NCBI GenBank assembly: GCA_028023455.1 | Contig: JAQFVV010000009.1 | Coordinates: 6,386,001 to 6,450,000, forward strand | Source: Epiperipatus broadwayi | Lineage: Eukaryota > Animalia > Onychophora | Length of the DNA stretch: 64,000 bases | Direction: 5' to 3' | Shown here: piece by piece, positions 52,646 to 64,000 of the stretch | Layout: the number at the start of each line of letters is the position of its first letter | How positions within the stretch are numbered: position 1 is the first letter of the stretch | Notes under the pieces: model-generated | Told to the model about the DNA's origin: nothing | What the model saw: the letters and a program-made list of their open reading frames with translations, nothing else | Databases searched by the model: none | Position numbers and translations under genes: made by a program

Positions 52646-54748
52646 ATGAGTGAATTAGAATATAGTCCCATTCCGATAGATGCTTCTATGCCAGAAGTAC
52701 CCATAGTAAGAGATTCGGATGTTTTCTACTTTGAATCTGAAGAAACCGAGAAGTCTGAAGAGGAAATCCCTACTGGTGGTACTAATCTTGAACCAATTGA
52801 TACAAATATATCAAACCCTAATGAAATTTATGAAGAGATTAGAGAATAAAAGGAAGAAAATAAGAGAGTATGAGGGAAGTTGGAAGAAAAAGGGGAAAGA
52901 AAATAAGAGAGTAGAAGGGATGGGAAAGAGAATGGAGAAGAGGATTGGAAGATAAAATAGAGAATAATAGAAAAGAAAATGAGAGTATAAGAGAGTTGAA
53001 AAGTGAAATGAAAGAAAATAATGAGAATATGATTAGAGAGTTGGAAGATAAAATGGAGAATAATATAAGAGGATTAGAGAATAAGATTGAAGAAAATAAT
53101 AAGAGTATAAAGATGTAAGAAGATAAGATGGAGGGATTTGAAAATAGAGTTGAGGAAAAGATTGAGAAAAAGATAGGAATATCAAGGGAAATTTTGAGGA
53201 AAGAGATAACCCAAAACAATGAGGATGTTAAGAGTTCACTGGAAAAATCTATAAGAGTTCACTGGAAAAATCTATAAAAGAACAGTTGGAAGGTTTTAGG
53301 AACACTGATATAGATGAACTCAAGAATCGATTTGTGAGTTTAGAGTTGAGTCGCAATCATAATAATGTGCGAGCTAAGGAAGATAATAATCTGTGCCATG
53401 ATTTAGAGGCTAGCAGAGATGATACCAAAGAAAAATTTACTCTATTGCAGAATGAAGTTGAAAAGGTAAAGATAAGCGTTGAGGAAGAGATTAAGCATCA
53501 ACAAATTCAATTCAAATTAGAAATGAGACATGAAATTGAGGATGTTTTCATCAAATACCAATGAAATACAGAAGAAAATCTCAAGTTTAAAAATAAAATA
53601 GGAAACACTGTAGAAGAATTGCGGAAAGAATTTAGTGAAAGTTTAATCAAGGAAGCTATTTATTCAGACCGTGTTAAAGAACAAAAGATTGAATTTGATA
53701 AACATTTCACAGAGTTTAAAAAGGAACAAGAAAAGTATGTAATAGAGCTACTAGAGAAGAGTAATAGGGAATCCCAAATATTAAGTACAGATAGTAGAAT
53801 GGAAAGTATCCAAGAAAAGCCAACTATTGTGTCCAGAGAGCTAAATGACAAAACTGATATTACTTTGGTTAGTCCAACAGAAACTTGCATGAAACAAGAA
53901 ATTCCTACTATTAATAATGATAATATGTCACTAAAAGAGAGAAGGCCTGTTGTTACCCACTTTTCAAAGATAAACCAGACAAAACGAACCATAGAAGCAA
54001 ACCCGAGCACTATCAGCTCTATGGCTCTACAGTTTATCCATAATCCTCTCGAGTACTTAGATAGTTTAGAGGAGTTGTTCTCTTTGTATGGATTGGCCGA
54101 AAATGAGAAATTGGCCATATCATGCAACCATCTGTATGCTTTGGCTAGAGATTGGTGGCAGTCTCTGTTTGATAAGCCAACCACATATGGGGACTTTAAA
54201 CACATGATACTCAGGTCCTTTTGGGGTGATGATAAGCAGGATAATATCCGCTATCAAATCTCCCAAGAAAAATATAGCCCATATAAAGTTATTCCCAATT
54301 TTTCCGAGGGCAAGCGGTGAGATTAAAAACGCTGATAGCATTCCCTCTTTCAGAGCATCAGATAGTGAGGATTCTCTGCCACAATCTACCTAGATCAATA
54401 GAGCAGATCCTAATTGCTGCTGATCGGTATGCTATTGAGGTGCCAGAAATCCTTGATGCTCTTGAAATCTCTGAGTATACTGGGGAAAATCATCCCAAAG
54501 TTAATAAAGAAAGACCGAATTATCCTTTAACAAATATAAATGTGAGGGAAACCCCAAGGGTTCAGAAACCTTTTGAAATGAGATATATTCCTCCTAAGCT
54601 GAGGCCTTCTCCATATTCTGGTGCCAATAGGCATTTAAGTAGGTCAAAAAGCAGACCAGTTATATTAAATCCTAAACCTTCAACTAGTGGTACAAACACT
54701 ATAGATAAGAAAGTTGGGGTAAAGCCCAAAATAAATCTGAAACTTTAA
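52646..54748 (+). pseudogene. Disrupted gag of element 2 (coiled-coil N-terminus plus capsid-like domain)
   Basis: MSELEYSPIP start, E/K-rich repeats at 52850-53220, and NPLEYLDSLEELF...ARDWW...TYGDFK..IL..FW retrotransposon gag signature. Broken by stops and frameshifts. Confidence 0.85.
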
Positions 54749-54813
54749 ACTGAACAGGTTCTTGTACAATAGTTCCTTCTTACAAGGACCTTCTGCTAAC
54801 AAAAGGAGGGACA

Positions 54814-57800
54814 ATGTGGATCTTAAACACCCTTGATCTAGATATTGATTATCTAGAACCCTGCACCCCAGATGAACCACCCATTATGTATAACTGCCCA
54901 ATTATAAAATTGGTTATTGAGGGGATAAGTATAGATGCTCTAATTGATTCAGGCAGCCATGCATCTATCTTGTCTGAAATTACATATGATAAAATTTCAA
55001 ACTTATCATCTGGTGTTCCCTCTTTACCAATAAAACAAATTCAAGTAACATTAGCTAACGGGAAAAGGATCAAACTTTGTAATCAACAGGTCTGGATAGG
55101 TTTTAAAATTAATCAAACTGAGTTTGAACATGTGTTTCTTGTTATGCCTGGACTGATTCATGAAGCTATCATAGGCTCAGACTTTATGATTAACAATAAT
55201 TGTATAGTTGATTATCAACAAAATTTATTTACCTGTAAAAATCAGGTCTTTCAGTTAGAATATGGATATCATAATTTCCCCAGTCAATTAATTACTGTGC
55301 ACCCATGAACCATCAATTGATGTTAGTATCAAAACTAAAATTGCCACCTTAGTTTTCTAAATTTAGGAGTAGTGGAAAATTTATATCAATTGACGTGTAA
55401 ATACAAAAACATTTCCTCTAAAGTCCCAGGTATAATAGAAGGATATACTCATAGGATTAAGTTGAGGAGCACTGAGCCTTTCCAACAGAAAATGTACCCC
55501 ATTCCTTACCAATATCAAAGTGAAGTACAAAGTCAAATTGACAGGATGCTGGAATGGCGAATTATTAAAAAGTGCCTTCTGCTTACGTTAACCCTCTTGT
55601 AATTATTAGAAAGAAGGATAGCACTATTCGAGTTTGCCTGGACGCTCGAATGTTAAACCAGATGGCTGTCCCGGAGAATGATATTCTTCCACCAGTACGA
55701 GCTCTTAGTAAAAGGAGGTCAATTTTCTCCACATTTGAGATTACGGCCAGTTATTGGCAAATACCACTCATGATGACCAAAAATATACGGCTTTCCGTTT
55801 CCAGGGCCAATCATATATTTTTACAAGGATGCCCTTTGGTCTTGCTAATAGTGGTGCTGGTCTGATCAGATGCCTAGACATGATTTTTTCGAAACAATTA
55901 AAAGAGAAAATCATCATGTACATGGACGATATCGTCATCGCTTCAAGTAATTTGGCAGAGCACATGGAACACTTGCAAATGTTTTTCCAAAAGTATGCCT
56001 CCAAAAATTTAAAGATTAACTTGGAGAAATGCAGTATTGCAGCAGAAGAAATCATTTTCTTGGGGACATTTAGTCTACGCTCATGGGATTAAGCCCCATC
56101 CAGAAAAGATTGCTGCTATACAAGGTTTCCCTATTCCTAAAACTAAAAAGCAACTTCGCTCTTTTCTCAGTCTATGCAACTATTATCACAAATTTTATGA
56201 GGACTTTGCCGGTGATACTGTTCAATTATACAACTTGTTCTGAGAGTTCGGGTTGGACTACTGATCATACAAAAGAGTTTAACACAGTCAAGACTAATTT
56301 CCTCAAGAAGGTCATCTTACATTACCCTGATTTTAAAAAAGAAATTTTTTGTACAAACAGACAGTAGTCACTAGGGTCTAGGAGTAGTATTATATCAACT
56401 TAATGATAATCAGGAGCCTCAAGTTCTCGACTTTTTAAGTAGACGTTTGAAAGGGGCTGAACTGAACTATTCCATCACAGAAAAGGAAGCACTAGTGGTT
56501 GTTTGGGCATTTCAGAAACTGCGCCAATTCTTGTTAGGCTCGGAAGTGATTGTTTTATCAGACCATAGAAGTTTAAAATTTTTAAACCAAAGTTATCTCA
56601 ATAATGAGAGACTTATTAGGAGCTTATATCTACAATTCAACTATAGCATTGTATATGCTGAAGGTAGAAATAATATTCAGCTGATATTCTGAGCCGCCAC
56701 CCTGTCTGTATTGTGCCCCAACATCCAAATACTCAACATATTATTGTAAATAACTTAAACCAAATTGTGGACGAATCTATAGTACAAGACTATGATCATT
56801 TTGCCTCTATTCAGAATCAAGATGCAAAATTAAACAATATTATCTCTACTTTGGAAAATTCTCATCTTAGGAATAATAATAATGATAAGAATATTCAGAA
56901 AATAATTGTAAGATATAAATTTAATCATGGGATCTTGATGTATAAGTCTAATTTAAAAGATGATAAATCATGGCGAGTCGTCGTACCATCATGTGTTGTA
57001 AATAAATTAATCGACTATGCCCACGGTAAATATGGACACTTTGGTGCCCCAAAGATCTACCATGTATTAAAACCTTATTTTTTTTGGTCTCACATGTATA
57101 GAGACATTGTGAAAAAGATAAATACATGTAATATTTGTATGAAATTAAAATATTGTATCAAATCATTTGCCGGTATTTTACAGCAAATAATTCCCAGTAA
57201 ACCAAATGAATTACTCGTGCTTGATTTTTACAGACCTCTCCCACTCTACAACCGGCAAAAATTATATTAGTTGCATATGACGGGTTCTCTAAATTAGTTT
57301 CCACATATCCTATACCAAGAACAGATGCTAAAAGTACTATCAGATACTTAACTGATTACCAGTTTTTATTGGTTGGTAAACCCGATATAATCTTGACTGA
57401 TCATGGCACTGCCTTTATATTAAGAAAATGGAGCCAATGGGTTCAAATGCAAGGTATTAAACAAATTATGAGTTCAATAAGGAACCCTCAGTCAAATCCT
57501 TGCAAGCGTGTGATGCGGGAGCTCAGTAGACTCTTTAGGGTCTATGTGCAAGGTGACCATAAACAATGGCTTAAAAAGCTTTCTGAATTGACTCACTATA
57601 TTAATGTTACTTTCAATGAGTCTACAGGATTTACTCCAATCCGATTACACTATGGGCAGCACGAATCTCTGCTCATTAAGACTCCCATTACCCTTCATTA
57701 TGGAGGAGATTGATAGACAGTGACATAGTTAGGGCACATAATAGGCTCATAAAAATGGGTCAAAAACGGGTGAAACAATCAAAAACTAAGCCATATCCAT

Positions 57801-57850
57801 TTAAGGTCGGAGACCTTGTACTACTGTGTACCCCTCACATTAGCAATGTA
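54814..57850 (+). pseudogene. Disrupted pol of element 2 (protease, RT, RNase H, integrase)
   Basis: IDALIDSGSHAS; SYWQIP, RMPFGL and YMDDIVIAS; NYSITEKEAL and SDHRSL; HGKYGH...CNIC, ILTDHGTAF and PQSNP; ends FKVGDLVLL. Confidence 0.92.
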
Positions 57851-57854
57851 CAGT

Positions 57855-60800
57855 AAAAGCTCACTAAGAAATATCCTGAAAGTGAATACGACTAGGACTG
57901 TTAAAGACACTGGAAAATCTGATAGAGTGGATATTTATCTCATAAACATTTTATCGCAAGTTCCAGTGGCAGCTATTCAAATAATATTTTAATAGTATTA
58001 CATCAAATTGGAAGTATGAAAATATTTAACACTTTATTATTATTCTTAAACAGTAATTAAAAGAAAAGAAAACAATTTATAATTCTTCTAAATTTTGTGA
58101 ACAATCTTCCAATATATTGTATTTTAATTTAAATTGAAATGTAACAGTCTAATTTCTTTTCACTAGAGGGAGAGATATTAATTTATTCACATTTTACAGT
58201 CATTGGCTCATTTAGTACCATCATGCATTGTAATACAAGGTATAAATAATATAACAAGTCTGTAAGGGGGCGAGACTATTAAGAGAAGAAAATCGGAATA
58301 AGAAGACTTCAATTCTACACTTATAAAAAAAAAAGAAAAAAGTAAAAAGAAAAGTAATAACTTTGGAAACTAATTTGAACAAAATTTCAGAATTATGTAA
58401 AATTAAAAGGATGGAGTAGACACTTTATAACCTTGTATTGTTTCAACACTGTTTTTCATCGATCTTATGATTCCTAATGTGTCTACTGGAGAAGCTAGAA
58501 TGACCACCATCTGGATCATTATTTGCCTCAACAAATACTGTTTCAAATGAAGAACAATTTCAGAAAATGTAAGCAATTACTTTTGTTTTATTTATATCAG
58601 TCAATTGTCAGATTTAAAAATAACACAGAAATTATTTAGGTTTAAAAGACAAAGATTAAAGTGTTTTAGTTTTTGCACTCTTATTATAAAGCAGAAAGAT
58701 GTTTGCTTATAAATTATCATCTTAATAAAAATAATTCGAAATAATTTTGAAGAAAAGTTTCAGGACATATAGTAAACAAACCTAAAAGTCATTTTAAATC
58801 GTATAAAGTTTAATAAAATTAAAGGAAGAATGCGTGAATTTATTCCTTATTCTCATTGAAGAAGAAAACTCGTCTGCAATGGTGTTTCAGCACGAGTTTG
58901 CTTAGTTATTGAAAATAGAAAAATGACAGATTATTAATGCCAAGTATATTGTATTGATAATTGCTCACCATTGAGTAAATTCTTCTTAATATTATTAAAC
59001 ACATATTAATTTGCTGATAGAAAGGAATAAATCAATATTTACTTTTAGACTTATTGTGCAACTTGCAAATTAATATTTTAAAATTGCCCAAATAATTTAA
59101 AATTATGACAAATATGTTCACGGAGGGAAAAACAAAATAACGAATCAATAAATGATTTTTAAAAGTTAAGCTTGTTAATTGTAAGGAATCTATAAATTCA
59201 TTTTAAGGAAAATTATCTATAGAAAGTATGGATAAACCTAATTTTAATTGACTACACTGGAAGCATTTAAATATTATCTCACTATGCTGACATAAAATAA
59301 ATAAAAAGGTTATATTGTGAATTAAAATAAATAATAAATGTTATCTCACTATGCTGACATGATAAATAAATCAATAAATGGTTTTTAAAAAAATTTGTTT
59401 TAAAGATCGTAATAGACCTACAAATTCAGTTAAGGAAAATTATCTGTAAAAAAAAAAATATGGATAAAGTTATTTTAATCGTCTTACACTCGGAAAAAAG
59501 TTTGAATATTGTCACTATGCTAGCATCAAACATAATAATCAAAATATAAATATGCGTTACTTAGGAATGTTTGCTCAGGATATCAGTTTTCTTGTCATTT
59601 TGCTCATAAGGATGGAATAAACTTTGACTAATAGGATAAAATCAAATGGGAAAAATGTTCGTTTATTTATTTTTTATTGCTATGTTTAGTATTATAATAC
59701 GTTTTTTTTTGTCATGTATTATTCAAGGATTTTTTTTATATATATATTTATTATGGTATAAAATACATTTAGTAAGGAGGAAAAAATGTATAAAGATATA
59801 TACATTTATTACACACATTTTTGTCATTTTCCCAGTCAAGGGAAAACATAATATTAAATATCATTTATTTAGACAGAAAGAGAGAGCTATTTATCTCTCG
59901 CATTTTTTTTAACAGATTTTAGTGTATTATTTAAAGGGTGAACAGACAGACTAAATTTGTCCCAGTTATACACATAATGACCCCACTGTTTTATTATATG
60001 AAATAATTAATATAAGCATTTGCCATTTCTTAATTTTGCCTGTGAATGAACATGTCCACTTTAAATATAAAATGTAGGTTGATCTTCATTGTTTACGTGT
60101 GTATGGCTTGCTATAACAAAAGTATAATTATTATTTTAAAATAATTAATGGTCATTTGACTTTTATGTTAGTGGTTTATTTATTAATATATTAATAATTT
60201 CTGCATTGTGAAATGGAATATTTATGTTTCCACTTTTATTATTAGGATTATTTTATCTTGCTATCGGATTAATAAGGATTTGTGACAGCTTTCAGCCGAT
60301 AAGTATATGCCACATACTATGGCATCAAATAAAATATTGTGCTTGGGCTGATGGAGAATCCCCCATTGCTGATTAAATGAGAGGATATTATCGAGGCTGA
60401 TTCATAGTTAGTGCTTAGTTAGCATAGTTAATCCCAAGAGAGGATGATACCCATGGTCTGAATTCTATTTCCCTGTGATGAGGCAATGCCCACACTTATA
60501 TACCTATGGAAAGGTATCAGAATTGGCCATATTATTGTACAACTATCATGTTGTTTTGTAGAGCCTCCCTTTATTGTTTGTTCCCTCATGAGGTTATATA
60601 GTTAGTTTTCCACTGTGTATGCTGAAGTTTAGTATTTCCAAATCAAATGGCAAGGATGAGATAAAGCTAGATTAAGGGATACTGGTCTATCTATAGTGTT
60701 TGCCAAATTGGAATAGGGTCTTTATGATGTTGTAGGATCTTCATCAATTTATAAACAAACCAACCCAAAACTTACTACTGATTGTAGAACTTCTATATGA

Positions 60801-62841
60801 AAGAGTAAGAGATACACATGGGAAATGTGGATTTATCTTCAAGCAGTGACTCGCCGATGAATCGGTAAGATTAACTATTAAATGATTAAGTTGTGGACAT
60901 AGGCAATGTTGTGGGTGTCATGTGTGCATTTAACTTATGATGTCCATCCCCACACCAATACAATGAATTTTTTTATAGTAAATGATAATATATTATTAAT
61001 TGTGCTGCATATGATAATTGCCCTTATCATATTCGGTCAAAAAAATAGCTACAGTTTAATACACTAAATTATAACATAGAATTTTAGATTTAAAAAGTTG
61101 AGTATATCCCAAAGACCTAAATATATTTTGTTTTATAATTTAAATGCTAAGTTAGCTTAAAGAAAGTTTAACTATCTTATTCTATAGGATAGAATAATAA
61201 TAGAAACATAGACAATAATAATAGTGATACTATGAATATCACTGTATTAATTTATTTGATATCACATGTGTATAGTCAATGGGATACCAATTATTTTCAA
61301 TCCCTAATTTTATTTAATCAATTCACCTTATTTCATGCAAGGTGTCTGAAATAAAGTTGTAAATAATGTAAATAAATCTTATTGTGTTAAAAATGTATTT
61401 AGTTGTCAGTAGTCTTATTGCTAATCAACCCACACACACATTACTATTGTTATTGCTATCGACATATCATCTGATTATATGGATATCATCATCGATCAAT
61501 ATTGTATAAGTCACTATATGTTGGTATATCATAATAATTTTGTTAAGTCCTGTGGTTTATGAGTACACCTAAGGCATCATTACTTAATAATCAAATATTA
61601 TTAACCTAGAGTGCTTATTATTTTAAGTGGTATACTAAAAGATAAACACTTAATATTACTTTAATCAATTTATTTGAACCCGCAGATCTATAATTCACTG
61701 ATCTTGATCACATTGTTTATAATTAATTGAAAAAAGAAGTTGGTAAGTTATTGTGTTTAGCTATTGAAAAGTTAATCATATTTCTTGAAGCTCCAAGTAT
61801 ATATATATAATAGTTATGGAGTTCATAAGGTTTTTTTGAAATTAATAAATATTGTTTGGTAATTCAATTTGGTATTAAGAGCTGTTTTGTGTATTATATT
61901 TGGATAATGGCAAAATCCCTCTCACTGACCCAAGTATATCTTGTATAACAACCTTTAAGTTAAGTGAACCCTGAGAAGAATAAGTTATAATAGTCTGCAG
62001 TATAGGATTTGAATTTATGGTAAATTTTATATCTAGTTATTTATATCTAGTTATTTATTGTAGTTGGATTTGAGTTGTGTTATACTCACTGTTTTATAAA
62101 AGTCAACCAAACTCTAAAGTATAAATTGTTTCTTTCGTCTTAAATGTATAGCTTGCTTTGACTCTATGGTAAATATTCTGGTTTTGGTAAGCTTGGAATC
62201 CCTATTTTATTTAGTTATCTCATGATCATTTAATTCAATATCAATTTATAGTTCTGGACATCATCTTTCATCATCATCATTCTTCTCATCTGTCATTTCA
62301 ATCTTTCTTTATTCTTCTTTCATCCTAATTCATTATTCTAATTAACTCACCATTCACTAGCTCTTATTCTATCATCATCTTAATCATCCATTATTCTGAT
62401 ACATCTTCATTCTTTTCTCTTCATTCTCAGACTCCTTTCATTTTATTATTTAATCATTACTTATTTTCATCATCCATTTAGTCATTTACATCCTAATTTA
62501 CTTATTGCTTAATTTATAATTTTAATTTCATATGCATTCCATCGATCTAATTATTATTTATTTATTGGTTTGATGAATATTAAATTTATTTTGTTTGTTT
62601 GTTTGTGGATTTTAAAGCTAGTTTGACCAGAAGTTATTATCTTCATTAACCACCTTGTGATCTTCTTTAGGTCTATAGTTTCATGCGAGCTTAGTCAATA
62701 AAAAAATCCTCTCTTTAGTTTAACATTTATTTTAGACGTATATTCTGGATTGATTAGATTAGTTGTAGTTAAGAAGGTTACAGAGGAGGATATGGCTCCC
62801 AAACGTGTACGCTGACTAGCTAGATTAGTAAGAAGGTTACA
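57855..62841 (+). repeat. 3' LTR of element 2 (4987 bp; first ~157 bp and polypurine tract missing)
   Basis: Homology to the 5' LTR starts abruptly at aaaagctcactaag (44890 versus 57855), directly after integrase sequence. Confidence 0.9.
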
Positions 62842-63402
62842 ATATATATACAGTATATATACAATCTTTATTAAAATGTGTTAATGAGTGTACTCCTATT
62901 TAAAACTAATTATTCTTTAATCTATACCAATTAATTTTAATTTTTATTTAATGTAATCTTTTTAATAGTGTATATATCCTTAGATGAAAACATATGAAAA
63001 TGTTCTTTTCTTCTTTTAAATGCTTATAAAATAAAATCTTTTAACAATTATAAAACAATGAAAAATGTGTACTGCATAGAAACTGTTAATTTTATTATGA
63101 CAGAGAAAATTTCAAATAAATCTTTAATACATATTTTATAAAACTACATAGTATATGTAGATAAGTATTACAGTCAGCTTTATATGCATCTGATTACTTC
63201 AATGAAATGGGTAGGATGAGAAGGTTGGCACTAAGGTGGGCTTTGGGTGTTCCATCATCAGATTGTTAAGGAAGTGGATGGCTGAAGAATTGTGGGGTGG
63301 AGTAGTTTGAAGACTGTCCATTGAAGTATGAAGATTGGCTATCTTAATATAAGCTGAGCTTTGATTGTATATATGTGTGGAGATGATAATCTGGACCAAC
63401 TG

Positions 63403-63542
63403 ACGAGTGCTGGTTTAGCACGAAATATGTATATTAGTGATTATTTATCTTTTCAACATGTGTGTGATCAAGTGTATCAGTGGTATGAGATAACATGATG
63501 GTTGAGGATCACGTGAAAATCTGAGTTCAACCCCCCTATATA
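63403..63542 (-). repeat. Unclassified dispersed repeat; inverted partner of 2420-2559
   Basis: Reverse complement aligns with 2420-2559 over about 140 bp. Confidence 0.75.
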
Positions 63543-64000
63543 TTACATATATAAGTGCAGGTATGGAAAAAGCCTGTTCTGCAGATAAAAATTCAGGGAA
63601 GAAGTAAAAAATGCAATAAAATTTCTATCTATACAGAAAGAGCTACATATTTAATAAATATAAATATGATGTTATACATATTTTCAAATTAAAAAATGAC
63701 TTAAATAAATAAGACTCATCTAATTCCTGACTTGTGTGTCTTGTCTGGAGGGGTGTGCTAGGTAAAAAAAAGAAGTTCTGAAACTAAAGACTTTAATATT
63801 GTGTCCTTCCTTGTACTTCATTATTTTCCAGGAATTAGCAAAATAGAAAACTTGTTAGGAATTTATATCATTTACTCATGTACTATTCAATAATTATGTT
63901 AATAATAAGAAATATAACAAGTAAAATTGATCACTATAGAAATTTTTAATTTCTGTAAGACAATATCAGAGTATTTCTCACTGAGAATGATCTGATTGAA

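Larger units (their letters stand above)
44733..62841 (+). mobile_element. Decayed Ty3/Gypsy LTR retrotransposon, element 2 (18.1 kb including nested insert; Osvaldo/Ulysses-like by inference)
   Basis: ATAT|TGTAACC...GGTTACA|ATAT perfect 4 bp TSD. Paired ~5 kb LTRs, tRNA-Lys-like PBS, gag then PR-RT-RH-IN. Confidence 0.93.

Overview
AT-rich eukaryotic (metazoan, probably arthropod) genomic DNA dominated by decayed transposable elements; almost every ORF in the supplied track is a TE fragment or spurious. Supported content: (1) the last three coding exons of a COMMD2 orthologue on the minus strand (41567-41485, 38031-37858, 37729-37532), with the first exons not found in the window. (2) Two paralogous box H/ACA snoRNAs (3085-3207, 4384-4508) whose 3' pocket is complementary to the conserved LSU rRNA sequence GUUUCCCUCAGGAUAG. 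(3) Two decayed Ty3/Gypsy (Osvaldo/Ulysses-like) proviruses: 21651-31005 with ~1.9 kb LTRs, and 44733-62841 with ~5.1 kb LTRs and a perfect ATAT TSD. (4) Three probable solo LTRs, one nested in an LTR. (5) A piggyBac remnant nested in an LTR, a Tigger remnant and MITEs. (6) A Penelope-like element with an inverted terminus and a decayed hammerhead motif. (7) Several LINE fragments. I found no intact novel protein-coding system. The most interesting signals are the snoRNA pair and its hidden host gene, the giant LTRs that have captured copies of their own LTR end and PBS, and the shared ATAT target of all LTR insertions. All alignments were done by eye; no database search was run.
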